Source: Myxococcota bacterium
GTDB taxonomy: Bacteria; Myxococcota_A; SURF-8
Assembly: GCA_965140415.1 (NCBI GenBank)
Contig: OZ223209.1
Span: 3,072,001-3,136,000, forward strand
Length of the DNA: 64,000 nucleotides
Direction: 5' to 3'
The translations under genes and the position numbers were made by a program. This document shows, piece after piece, positions 1 through 9,139 of this stretch. A model generated the notes under the pieces. That model was not told where the DNA came from, ran no database searches, and saw only the letters and a program-made list of their open reading frames with translations. The first letter of the stretch is position 1, and each line of letters begins with the position of its first letter.

Positions 1-123
1 TCATCACATATCGCAACAAACGGAAAAAGAGCTAAAAGGGCGAAAGTGAACAGCACGTAACAGCTTACTTCGAATGAAAGCCTTATGTCCCCTCAAAATG
101 TGTCGTAACGTTTTTTTAACCGA

Positions 124-2412
124 TTACTTTGCCAGTGGCGCAAAACTCGGTTCACGACCTTCCCGAATGGTCAGATGGTAATTGGCTGGAACGTCCTGCC
201 AGCTTTGAGTGCTTAACTCCGAGTTGGGCCAGCGAATCTCCAATTCGTCGATCACACAGGCCTCTCCCAGACCGATAGTCAATGGCAACTCGGACTGCAT
301 CCCGAAATGGCCGTAGCCGGCTTGAATCCATTCGGTCTGGACACGATCTCCCGTGCGCACTTTGACACGCGCCCCAATGGCGCTGGCGTTGGCAAAACCT
401 TCGCCTTTGCCCTTCAAGGTCAGGCGGATCGCATTGGAATTCTGGCCGACATCGTTTCGGAAGTAATGCACTTCGGGGGTGCTGTAGGGACTTTCGCGCA
501 TCGTGCTGGAACCGATGATCAAATCCAGATCGCCGTCCCGGTCGAAGTCGCTGGCCACGATTCCCAAAGCCCGAGCGTGCTTGACACCGCTGAGGTCCGA
601 AACGTCTTCGAAATGAGAATCGGAAGTCTGATGATATAGTAGCCCGAAGGTGTTGGGGTAATCCGAACTGGCGATGTACAGATCCGGGTAGCCGTCCAGG
701 TCGAAGTCGAAACGTGCCGGAGTAATGTCGCCTTCGTTCCAGTCCACACCGATATGGGTGCGATTCAATCCCGTGTATTCTCTGCCCGGACGAGTAAACA
801 GAATGCTGTCCTGGGTGGACCAGTTGGTCAACAACTGACTCGGATCGCTGGATTGTCCGATATGCCAATGCTGAATTTCGGCGTTGAACAGATCCGGCAA
901 ACCATCACCTGTCCAGTCGCCGCAGATCGTACTGAAGGTATTGCCACCCAAGCGCCAGGACTTGGCGTCGGAGGAATTCCAGTAGCCATCTGCTGGAGAA
1001 GGACATTGAATGCGAGGCTGGCTCGTAGCCGGGTCGCAAGTATGAAGCGTGCAGTAACATTTATAGAATTCGTTGTCGGTATAATCTTCGTTCTCGTCGC
1101 TGGCGAAACCGCTGGATACGCCGACGTCTTCAAAGCTGTCGCCTTTATTCCACCACAACTCGTTGAACTGGCGGCCATAGGAACTACCGATCAAATCGGG
1201 ATCACCGTCGTCATCGACGTCGCAAACCGTTACGCCGTAGCTCGGCTTGTGATTCGTTCCGGCGTCGTAATTGTAATCCGTCGTCAAGCCGTAGGCGTCG
1301 GTTTGATCCGTAAAGGTGCCATCGCCATTGCCGATGTAAAGCCGGTTCTGCAAAGCCCCCAGAAAACCGTAATTGATGTACCAGAAGCCGACCCACAGAT
1401 CCAGGATGCCGTCGCGGTTGACATCCACAAACGACGCGCCGGTGGTAGACCAAAGGTCCGCTGCGCCTGGAGTCGTATCGGAAGCTTCGGCAAAAGCGAA
1501 ATTGGCCTCGCCATCGTTAAGCAGGATTTCGGAACGATCTCCCGGATCGGTTTGAGGATTGTTGGCATCGACATAGGTGCCGCTGAACGCATCCAGGCTG
1601 CCATTGTTATCCACATCGGCGAAAATCGCGAACTGGGAAGAACGTCCCAGGCTGTTGTCGCGTGTGGCGGTAAAACCGGAACTGTTCGTGACGTCCACAA
1701 ACATGCGTCCGCCATCGGATTTACTTGGATCGGGACGATTGAGCAGCAGGTGTTTGCGAATCACCTGCGGATCGGAAAGCAGGTTGTCGCGAGCATTGGA
1801 GTTTACGGTATGTACCAGCAGATCGGGATAGCCGTCGCCATCGAAATCGGCGGAAGCAATACGATTGCCGATCAATGCCAATCCGTCTGCTCCCAATCCG
1901 ATTTCATCCGTAATGTCGGTGAAAAATGGACCATCTCCCAAGGCTTCCGGCGTTTTACAGATTGGAGTAGGGAATTCCATGTCGCCATCGATGACATCAT
2001 CATCTCCATCCGCCTGATCGCCATCGACAATCGTGTCTCCATCCGCCGTGTCACCGTCTGTAGAATCTCCATCGGCAACGTCACCATCTGTTGTATCGCC
2101 GTCAGCAACATCGCCATCCATTTTGTCTCCATCAATCGAATCCCCGTCTGTCGCGTCGGAATCGCCAGAGAGACAATTCTCACATTCTCCCCAGCCGGTT
2201 CCGAAAGAATTGCATTTCTGCTGGCTTTCTTCACCGTTTGGACAAATGCAGCTTCGCACCTGCAAGGGTTCGCAAACTTTCTCAGTATCGGCCATTTCGC
2301 TGTCGCCATCCGACGAATCTCCATCCGTAATCGGATCGTCATCTCCGCCACATCCGGCGAATGCAAAGGAAAGACCTAAAAGAATCAACATCATTAGTAA
2401 GCAACGCGGCAT
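124..2412 (-). CDS. CRTAC1/ASPIC-UnbV family FG-GAP-repeat lipoprotein with DGD-repeat linker
   Basis: Lipobox FAGC followed by GGDDD; DGDxx repeats; several DxDxDGxxD FG-GAP motifs; C-terminal ASPIC/UnbV signature AIGARVKV...GLG...LEIRWP. Confidence 0.85.
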   Translation of the reverse strand: MPRCLLMMLILLGLSFAFAGCGGDDDPITDGDSSDGDSEMADTEKVCEPLQVRSCICPNGEESQQKCNSFGTGWGECENCLSGDSDATDGDSIDGDKMDGDVADGDTTDGDVADGDSTDGDTADGDTIVDGDQADGDDDVIDGDMEFPTPICKTPEALGDGPFFTDITDEIGLGADGLALIGNRIASADFDGDGYPDLLVHTVNSNARDNLLSDPQVIRKHLLLNRPDPSKSDGGRMFVDVTNSSGFTATRDNSLGRSSQFAIFADVDNNGSLDAFSGTYVDANNPQTDPGDRSEILLNDGEANFAFAEASDTTPGAADLWSTTGASFVDVNRDGILDLWVGFWYINYGFLGALQNRLYIGNGDGTFTDQTDAYGLTTDYNYDAGTNHKPSYGVTVCDVDDDGDPDLIGSSYGRQFNELWWNKGDSFEDVGVSSGFASDENEDYTDNEFYKCYCTLHTCDPATSQPRIQCPSPADGYWNSSDAKSWRLGGNTFSTICGDWTGDGLPDLFNAEIQHWHIGQSSDPSQLLTNWSTQDSILFTRPGREYTGLNRTHIGVDWNEGDITPARFDFDLDGYPDLYIASSDYPNTFGLLYHQTSDSHFEDVSDLSGVKHARALGIVASDFDRDGDLDLIIGSSTMRESPYSTPEVHYFRNDVGQNSNAIRLTLKGKGEGFANASAIGARVKVRTGDRVQTEWIQAGYGHFGMQSELPLTIGLGEACVIDELEIRWPNSELSTQSWQDVPANYHLTIREGREPSFAPLAK
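1980..2165 (-). repeat. In-frame 15-bp tandem repeats encoding (DGDxx)n linker
   Basis: Protein DGDSIDGDKMDGDVADGDTTDGDVADGDSTDGDTADGDT... Confidence 0.75.
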
Positions 2413-2557
2413 CGTCCATCTCCATCAGAAAAGGGCAAAAACGCAGGAAGTGTAATCGTTTGTCGTTAGAAAATCAACCGTTTCCGTTAGAAACAATTTG
2501 CGAAAAGACCGGGTATGCCATCTGAAATACAAAACGATGTAATTCAATATTATCTTA

Positions 2558-2587
2558 TTGACATTCGATAATGTATTGTTGTATTAT
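2558..2587 (+). promoter_or_regulatory. Putative sigma70 promoter TTGACA-N18-TATTAT
   Basis: TTGACA at 2558-2563 and TATTAT at 2582-2587 in an AT-rich gap upstream of the 2684 CDS. Confidence 0.45.
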
Positions 2588-2683
2588 AATTTCACCTGAG
2601 GATGTGCCACAAAAGCTGAAAACCGATCTGGCAACGCAAGAAACTAGTTTATACGCCATCATTGCCTGTAAAGGAGAGGATTA

Positions 2684-5338
2684 ATGAGGACAAAAGGCGA
2701 GCGGGAACAGAGAAATGGTATGAAATGGATAGCCCCAATTCTGCTGGTGCTTCTCCTGTTCTTTCCTGGTTGCTCCGATAGCGAAGATAGCGACCTGTTG
2801 CCGGATGGAGACAATGAAATTTCAGACGTGGAGCAGGATTCCGACGATTTCATCGACGGCGATTTCACGGATGGCGATGTGATCGATGGCGATACCACAG
2901 ATGGCGACATGGTTGATGGCGATGCTTCCGACGGCGATCTCGTAGATGGAGATCTTGTTGATGGTGATACCGCCGATGGAGATCTGATCACGGATGGCGA
3001 CCAGTCGGATGGAGATGTTATCGACGGCGATCTTGAAGCGGATCTTGAACCCGATGATAATCCTTTCGGATTCCCGGAAGAGTTTTTAAATCAAGTCGTT
3101 CCCTGGCAGTATTGCGATTTATACGATGATCCTGCTACAGGCAGCGGTACCGCCGAGTGTGCGGATGTGCGAGTGCCTTTGTTTTACGATGACGGCTCTC
3201 GCGATGACAGTGAAATCACGATTCATATCAAACGGTTAAAGGCTGGATTGTTCCCTGCCCGTCAGATCTGGCTGCTTCAGGGCGGTCCAGGAGCAGCAGG
3301 AACGACCGATTTTCCCTTTTTCATGGAACAACTGATCGAGGCCGATCCTGGGATTGAAGTCTATGCTGTGGATCATCGTGGAACGGGATATTCCGCTCGT
3401 ATGGGATGCCCGGAGCAGGAAGCGGAAGATTCGGAATGGGGTTACTTTATTTCGGAAGCCGAATGGCCTGCCTGCATCGAATACCTTAAAAACGACTGGC
3501 TGCCGACGGATGCTTTTACCGTCACCAACGCCGCGACGGATGTGGCGCTGTTAGCGGAAATCATGAAGAAACCGGGAGTCGATCGCTTTATCTACGGCGT
3601 TTCTTATGGAAGTTACTGGGTGCATCGTTATGCTCAATTATACCCGGATCAGGTTCAGGGCGTGATTATGGATTCGGTCGCGCCGACAGACGAAACCTAC
3701 CTGGATCACTATGATATTCTTGGCAATACAACGATTCAGCAGTTTTTCGGAATGTGCGCCGAAGACACCTTGTGTCATGAAAAAATGGGAGACGATCCCT
3801 ATCAGAAAGCCTTGGATGCCCTGGATAACTTCCGTAATAACGATCATTGCTCCGAATTGCAAACAAATTATGGAATTACGCCGGAATACATCCAGATGCT
3901 AGGCTTCAGTCTGGGCATGAGTTGGTATGGCCGTGTGCTGGTGCCGGCACTATTTTATCGGCTGGATCGCTGCAACGACGATGATGTCGTCGCGATTTAC
4001 AATGCAGTATTTCAAGTTCTGGGAAGCTCGGATACCGTTTCTGCACACGATCGTCAGAACAGCTCGGCCTTGGGACGTCATATCGGAACTTCCGAATTGA
4101 CGAGCCAGGATGGAACGACGGTAGCCGAAATGACGACGATTTATGAAAGCCTGCTGGTTCAGCTCGGAGTCGGAAGACGCATGCTGCAATTCCCCGATAC
4201 ATGGCCTCACTACACGCCCGATAGTTATTTCAAGCAATGGGCGTCGCAGGATGTTCCACTGTTGATGATGAACGGCACTTTGGATCTGCAAACCCCGATC
4301 GAGATCGCCGATAATGCCGAGCAGAATCTGACCGGCGAGCATCAATATTTCGTGACGATTCCCAACGGAAATCATGGCGTTGTCAGTTCTTCTCCCGTAC
4401 AGAGCGACGGTGGGTACGACTGCGGCTTCCAGATCCTGGTGGATTACTTGAAGCACCCTTTGCAACAGCCTGATACTACTTGTCTTTCGGATCTCAAGCC
4501 AATCGACTTTACCGGTGAAATCGCTTATAGCCAATACTATTTCGGAGAAACGGATATCTGGGAAAAAGCCCAGGTGCCGCTGGATTGCAGCCTGCCGGAA
4601 GATTATTTCAACGCTCGCACGGATAGTCATTTTATTTTCAGCTATCGCGGTTTTCTCAGCAGCTGGTCTCCAGGCTGGACGGAAACCGACGTCATGCTGG
4701 ATGGCCAGGTTTATCAAGCGGATAGCTATGCCGCCAATGCAAGTCGAACGACCACTCAATCCGGCCTGCCGGTTGTACACCTTGAGCATTACGGACAAAT
4801 AAACCAGATTTCGCCGGGATACCTGCAATATCTTTACAGCTCATTGGATATTCCGTTAAATCAGCTTACTTCGTTGAAGCAAAGCGGAGAACATCAATTG
4901 GACTTTGCCGCCAATCTGACCGCTTATTTGCAGACCGTCGTTCAGCTTCAGGAAAAGCGTATCGATGATGATACGAATTACAAATACTGCCCGGTCGCCG
5001 TTTCCGATGTAAATGCTGATAATTCCTCGCTTTACGTCTGCCATGAGGGCAATCTCTCATTCGCGAACGGCGAATTGATACAGTTTGCAGGCAACACCAC
5101 CTTAACAACAGACACGGATGCCATCGAAAGCGTTTTCCAATTGGGCGCGCCCTGCACCTGCTGGAAAAATAACAATCAAGCGTTAAGCTGCGATGCATTC
5201 GACGCCATCGATATGGGATCGACAAAGAGTTCCGAGCGTGACCAGATATATTTCGTAAAACCGGTCCTTCCTGTTCCAGAATGGGCTGGGTTTCCTAACG
5301 AGAAAACGAAGTTATCGAGGCAAATACCACCACTCTGA
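2684..5338 (+). CDS. Alpha/beta-hydrolase (TAP-like, peptidase S33) lipoprotein with DGD repeats and unknown C-terminal domain
   Basis: Lipobox FPGC; QGGPG oxyanion motif; DHRGTG; GVSYG (Ser); GTLDLQTP (Asp); NHGV (His). Start may be 2720. Confidence 0.8.
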   Translation: MRTKGEREQRNGMKWIAPILLVLLLFFPGCSDSEDSDLLPDGDNEISDVEQDSDDFIDGDFTDGDVIDGDTTDGDMVDGDASDGDLVDGDLVDGDTADGDLITDGDQSDGDVIDGDLEADLEPDDNPFGFPEEFLNQVVPWQYCDLYDDPATGSGTAECADVRVPLFYDDGSRDDSEITIHIKRLKAGLFPARQIWLLQGGPGAAGTTDFPFFMEQLIEADPGIEVYAVDHRGTGYSARMGCPEQEAEDSEWGYFISEAEWPACIEYLKNDWLPTDAFTVTNAATDVALLAEIMKKPGVDRFIYGVSYGSYWVHRYAQLYPDQVQGVIMDSVAPTDETYLDHYDILGNTTIQQFFGMCAEDTLCHEKMGDDPYQKALDALDNFRNNDHCSELQTNYGITPEYIQMLGFSLGMSWYGRVLVPALFYRLDRCNDDDVVAIYNAVFQVLGSSDTVSAHDRQNSSALGRHIGTSELTSQDGTTVAEMTTIYESLLVQLGVGRRMLQFPDTWPHYTPDSYFKQWASQDVPLLMMNGTLDLQTPIEIADNAEQNLTGEHQYFVTIPNGNHGVVSSSPVQSDGGYDCGFQILVDYLKHPLQQPDTTCLSDLKPIDFTGEIAYSQYYFGETDIWEKAQVPLDCSLPEDYFNARTDSHFIFSYRGFLSSWSPGWTETDVMLDGQVYQADSYAANASRTTTQSGLPVVHLEHYGQINQISPGYLQYLYSSLDIPLNQLTSLKQSGEHQLDFAANLTAYLQTVVQLQEKRIDDDTNYKYCPVAVSDVNADNSSLYVCHEGNLSFANGELIQFAGNTTLTTDTDAIESVFQLGAPCTCWKNNNQALSCDAFDAIDMGSTKSSERDQIYFVKPVLPVPEWAGFPNEKTKLSRQIPPL
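2854..3035 (+). repeat. In-frame 15-bp tandem repeats (gatggcgat core) encoding (DGDxx)n
   Basis: About 12 DGDxx units: DGDFTDGDVIDGDTTDGDMVDGDASDGDLV... Confidence 0.8.
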
Positions 5339-5362
5339 AAAGTAAGTCACGCTTGGTGAAAG

Positions 5363-5396
5363 ACGGGCCGTTTCGGGGGGAACGGCCCGTTCTTTT
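5363..5396 (+). terminator. Rho-independent terminator
   Basis: Perfect 10-bp stem acgggccgtt/aacggcccgt followed by tctttt, ~25 bp after the stop codon. Confidence 0.8.
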
Positions 5397-5410
5397 ATGC
5401 GGTTACAACC

Positions 5411-5624
5411 TTGGCCGCTTTGGCACGGTAACGCACGTAAACGAGCACCAAAAGGCCCCTAAATGACCGAAGAGCGACAGTGCTTCCTGGTGCAGCATGA
5501 GGCAGCACGCCGCAGCGAAGGGCCCCATCCAGCCGCACCAGGCAACATGCGCGAACAGCCCACTGGTTGTTTACGGTCTTTTAGCGGTTATGTACTGTTC
5601 GTTTAGCGGTCGTTTAGCGTCCAA
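5411..5624. repeat. Long imperfect nested inverted repeat (possible structured ncRNA or MITE-like element)
   Basis: Nested arms: 5411-5419/5616-5624, 5438-5447/5596-5605, 5459-5469/5574-5584, 5478-5482/5561-5565, 5486-5496/5532-5542, 5497-5503/5522-5528. Confidence 0.6.
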
Positions 5625-5747
5625 TATCGCCGTTTGCCGCCGCCTTCGGCGCTATGGAGATGGTTTTGTGAGATTACGATCTGCTTTTTGACGATCTTCT
5701 CTCGCTAATCGTGAGCAGACCAAGTGAGATACTTGCAAGATTTTCGT

Positions 5748-5898
5748 GTAGTTCGGATTCAGTGAATCCGACATTTCTAATTGGTGTCGGGCAAGACATT
5801 TGCCCGACCTACTATAGATACAATTGTATCATATCGATATCAATCTCAACTGCTCCAACGGAACACTCAATGTCGGACAAGAATTTTGTCCGACCTAC
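5748..5898. repeat. Cluster of three GTAG-type REP-like palindromes
   Basis: GTAG-t-tcggattca-g-tgaatccga (5748-5771, +); gtcgggcaa-gacat-ttgcccgac-CTAC (5786-5812, -); gtcggacaa-gaatt-ttgtccgac-CTAC (5872-5898, -). Confidence 0.7.
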
Positions 5899-5921
5899 AA
5901 TTGGTGCCGCTATGTATCGTA

Positions 5922-7466
5922 TTACATGCAACCCGGAAAACGTGTCTTCAATTCAGGATGCTTGCATAGATCCACACCGTAAAGGTCTTCGGGAGGTGAA
6001 AATAAATTGTCCGGTTGTTCCCGCCCATCACGCCAAACCACGATGTTTTTCCAGATACTAGCGTTATCCTGTCTGCCTTCATGATGACTCAGATTCCACT
6101 CTTCACCGGTAGGAATATAATACAAATAAATGTCACTCTTTGCAGAGCCTGCGCAAAACTCTGTATCTCCTGATCCTCCGCCTTCGCGCCAATCGCTATA
6201 GACCATCCAATCTTCCCACACATCGTTTACGCGCTTATCCGCTTGATTCCCGTCGAGTAGCACCCTTTGTACATCCGTATTTAAATCATACTCGATAATC
6301 GAGAATCCGCAATGACTTGCACTTAAATCTGATGCTTGACAGCGGTCCGTCCAGTAAAGTTTGTTTTTTCGGAGAACGACTTGATATACGCGATATGAGT
6401 AGGGTAGTTCAGCTATCACACGCTCGTCAAAGCTATCTCCATCTCGGGTTGAGAGAATGATCTTGAAATACGGATCCTGCATAGGAAGCACGTAAACGAT
6501 ACGATTTTCATAGACATCATAGTAATTACCAAGCCCGGTATTTCTGTATTGATCGACTCGTATATCTTGACCGTTTGCATCTAACGTGTACAAATGATAA
6601 TTTTCGCCACCAGGAACCAGACGATCATCAAGCCAGTAGACTTGATTACGAAACGTTTTGGAACGCATTTTGTAGCTGCCAGTTGTAGAAACCGATGTTG
6701 AAGTTATTCTGTCTAAAGTTGTTTTTCTCATTTCACAATATACGTCTTGCCTGTAATCTGGTGCCCCTATCACATAATTCCAATAAACTTGACCATCTCG
6801 TATCGAAGCATAAACCCCAGAGTGGTTATCTCCTAAGCGAACCGTTTTCTCGCTTTCATAGTCAAATAACAACAAAAATATATCTGACGACACTACAGAA
6901 ATCGCACTTCTAAATACAATCCAGTTGTTCCATACATCAGGTCCACCATTTGATATCATTCCACTTGGTCCGATTCGGAATGTTCCCCGGTCATCAATCC
7001 AGGTAAAAGGATAATCGTGAATGCAGGGAGGACCGGTTTGTGTACTACAAGGCAAAAAGCGAGACAGATCTCGTTCCCATTCAACATCTCCATCACATGC
7101 ATCTGAATCGATATCACCGTCAATGGAATCACGATCATGATCACGATCTCCATCTGATGACGAATCCTCATCACCATCGCTGGTAGAATCCGAATCTCCA
7201 CCAATCGAGCGACAATTGGTTTTCTCGAAGACTTCATATCCTTCAGGACATTCACAGGCCGCGTAGCCGTTAACCGCTTTACAGGTTCCGGGAGAGCAGT
7301 CTATGTCCTTACAAGCACTTGGGATGTTATCTACATCGGTTTGTTCGACTTCGCTATCACCATCCTGGATAGAATCGCCATCTACATGATCGTTAGACGA
7401 ATCGGAACAGGAAACAAGCCCCCACAACATAAAAACGATTAACAACCAGTAAGGCTTGAGTTTCAT
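5922..7466 (-). CDS. Lipoprotein with EGF-like module, DGD repeats and TolB-like/surface beta-propeller repeats
   Basis: Lipobox LVSC followed by SDSSND; EGF CKDIDCSPGTC...CECPEGY; propeller blades VYWLDDR, LYWTDR, MVYSDWR, DIYLY, IVVWRDGR. Confidence 0.75.
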   Translation of the reverse strand: MKLKPYWLLIVFMLWGLVSCSDSSNDHVDGDSIQDGDSEVEQTDVDNIPSACKDIDCSPGTCKAVNGYAACECPEGYEVFEKTNCRSIGGDSDSTSDGDEDSSSDGDRDHDRDSIDGDIDSDACDGDVEWERDLSRFLPCSTQTGPPCIHDYPFTWIDDRGTFRIGPSGMISNGGPDVWNNWIVFRSAISVVSSDIFLLLFDYESEKTVRLGDNHSGVYASIRDGQVYWNYVIGAPDYRQDVYCEMRKTTLDRITSTSVSTTGSYKMRSKTFRNQVYWLDDRLVPGGENYHLYTLDANGQDIRVDQYRNTGLGNYYDVYENRIVYVLPMQDPYFKIILSTRDGDSFDERVIAELPYSYRVYQVVLRKNKLYWTDRCQASDLSASHCGFSIIEYDLNTDVQRVLLDGNQADKRVNDVWEDWMVYSDWREGGGSGDTEFCAGSAKSDIYLYYIPTGEEWNLSHHEGRQDNASIWKNIVVWRDGREQPDNLFSPPEDLYGVDLCKHPELKTRFPGCM

Positions 7467-7492
7467 GGCTCCATTCTCCCAAACAACTCAAA

Positions 7493-7519
7493 GTCGGACA
7501 AGACATTTGCTCGACCTAC
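7493..7519 (-). repeat. Fourth GTAG-type REP-like palindrome (degenerate)
   Basis: gtcggacaa-gacat-ttgctcgac-CTAC, same orientation as the copies at 5786 and 5872. Confidence 0.65.
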
Positions 7520-7614
7520 ATATGTTGTATATGCTACAATACTACATCAATTCTGTTTTTTCCGCAAGTGCTCTCGTGCCCATGACGACAAACATGTGAA
7601 GCAGGTCAGGAGCC

Positions 7615-8920
7615 CACAGCTGTCCCGTTAACTATTGAATAATTCCAACTGCTTACCAAAAGGGATATTGGTAGGCAGGGAGGCGTTTGCCTTTAGCACC
7701 TGTAAAATGGGGCTTTCCTCGAAAAGCGTGACGCTTAAAATCTGTAGAATCGTCATCAAACTGTGCTCGAGATTCAGATCCTTTTTCAGAATCGCAACCA
7801 ACAGATAAACCGTAATCGAAATCCACACTTGTGTCTTTACCGCATTGGCGCTGCGACCGTAAAACGCCTTGATTCGCAGATTCTGTTTGATCCATTTGAA
7901 AAACACTTCGATACTCCACCGCAGCCGGTACAAGTCCGGAATCGTTTCCGAAGAAAGATCAAAGTTGTTGGTCAGCCAGACAAATCGGGTGTTCGATTCT
8001 GGATCGATGTAGTTGATTCGCCGCACATGATCCGGATAGCGTCGAATGGAAGCACGGTCCACGAAGCTCACGGTCTGATCGGCGCGCAATCCCAAGCTCT
8101 TGTCGATGGGGTGTGAATAGATTCGCTTTGTGCTGGTGTTCTTGCTGGCTCTAAGAATGAAGAAGGCTCCCGCCCGATGGATGCGATGCATGCGTCCGTA
8201 ATCGACATAACCGCGATCCATGATATAAAATGCGCCCGCTTCCAAAGGCAGAATATCCAGTAAACGCTTGTCATGGCTCTTGCCGTCCGTAATGGAAATA
8301 AAGGCGGGAATCCGTCCGCGAAGGTCCATTTGCGTGTGAAGACGCAATGATCCATTGTATCGCGTGAATTTGGCCCATGGAAAAAGCGACAAACTCAAAT
8401 CAATCGCTGTCGTGTCGAGCGCGTAGGTGGTGGCGTCTAGGTCGACGGCGAGCTTCTCGTCCGCATACAGCGCGCGGGCGCGCCGTATCAGGGGCTGAGC
8501 GAGATCTGCGTAAATGCGCCAGTCGCGTTTTTCATTCGCTCTGGCCAGTGTGTTGCGAGAGACTTTTCCACGCAGACCCATGTGATAAAGTTTCAGCTGA
8601 ATAGCCCGCAAGGTCGCTTCAATATCGCGCAGGCTTTCGCGGTAGGCCAGCTGGGCAAATGCCATGCAAATGAATTGATCCATACAGGAAAAGGTACGAA
8701 TGCGCTTGTTCCCCTGATAGCGATTGACACAACGGCGGAAATGGCGATCCGGCAAATAGTCGAGCACTTGCGAAAAGACAGTCTGTGTCATTTTGATCTC
8801 CTGCATTTCTTGACTATTCGAAATGCAGAAAAACTATCGCGGACACCTGATAATCACAAATTCAATCTGTAATAATAAGTAGTTGTAGCGCTGAACCTGG
8901 AAGTTAGCGGGACAGCTGTG
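7615..8920 (-). mobile_element. Complete IS4-family insertion sequence (~1.3 kb)
   Basis: 19-bp terminal IRs cacagctgtcccgttaact (7615-7633) and agttagcgggacagctgtg (8902-8920), 1 mismatch; flanking direct repeat gtcaggagcc (7605-7614) / gtcaggagac (8921-8930). Confidence 0.9.
7628..8791 (-). CDS. IS4-family DDE transposase (N-terminal DUF4372-type domain)
   Basis: TVFSQVL...QFICMAFAQL..RESLRDIE; ALDTT; MDRGY; YRLRWSIEVFFKWIKQ (YREK motif); AGGAG RBS before ATG 8791. Confidence 0.93.
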   Translation of the reverse strand: MTQTVFSQVLDYLPDRHFRRCVNRYQGNKRIRTFSCMDQFICMAFAQLAYRESLRDIEATLRAIQLKLYHMGLRGKVSRNTLARANEKRDWRIYADLAQPLIRRARALYADEKLAVDLDATTYALDTTAIDLSLSLFPWAKFTRYNGSLRLHTQMDLRGRIPAFISITDGKSHDKRLLDILPLEAGAFYIMDRGYVDYGRMHRIHRAGAFFILRASKNTSTKRIYSHPIDKSLGLRADQTVSFVDRASIRRYPDHVRRINYIDPESNTRFVWLTNNFDLSSETIPDLYRLRWSIEVFFKWIKQNLRIKAFYGRSANAVKTQVWISITVYLLVAILKKDLNLEHSLMTILQILSVTLFEESPILQVLKANASLPTNIPFGKQLELFNS

Positions 8921-9139
8921 GTCAGGAGACGCCGCCCCAACGGAAGCAATCGCTCGCAAATAAATTCAACCTCGTCATTGTAAACGAGGATACGGATTTT
9001 ACGCAAAAGTCAAATAACGAAATCTAAAGAGATCCGGGAAAGATCGCCACGGATAAATCGGTTGCCCGAAGTCATGCTTTGGCGTATAGATTGAAGATCA
9101 TGCGTATTGCCAGGTTGTGCGAGAAAGGAGAACTCGATC

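Noticed and set aside
754-2379. 541-aa + strand ORF
   Set aside because: Antisense shadow of the FG-GAP lipoprotein; V/I/A-rich mirror of DGD codons, no motifs
5411-5624. Integron attC site
   Set aside because: Longer than typical attC sites, no properly paired RYYYAAC/GTTRRRY ends identified, no integrase or cassette array
5817-5840. Adjacent AT-rich palindromes gatacaattgtatc and atatcgatat
   Set aside because: Real, but they lie in a REP spacer with no promoter context; no function can be supported
5748-5898. Possible mini CRISPR array
   Set aside because: Repeats are in mixed orientation with irregular spacing (14 and 59 bp), have a GTAG foot typical of REPs, and no cas genes are present
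5497-6061. Small ORFs 5497-5691, 5711-6061 and 5781-5969
   Set aside because: They run through palindromic repeats, lack an RBS or motifs, and partly overlap the real minus-strand gene
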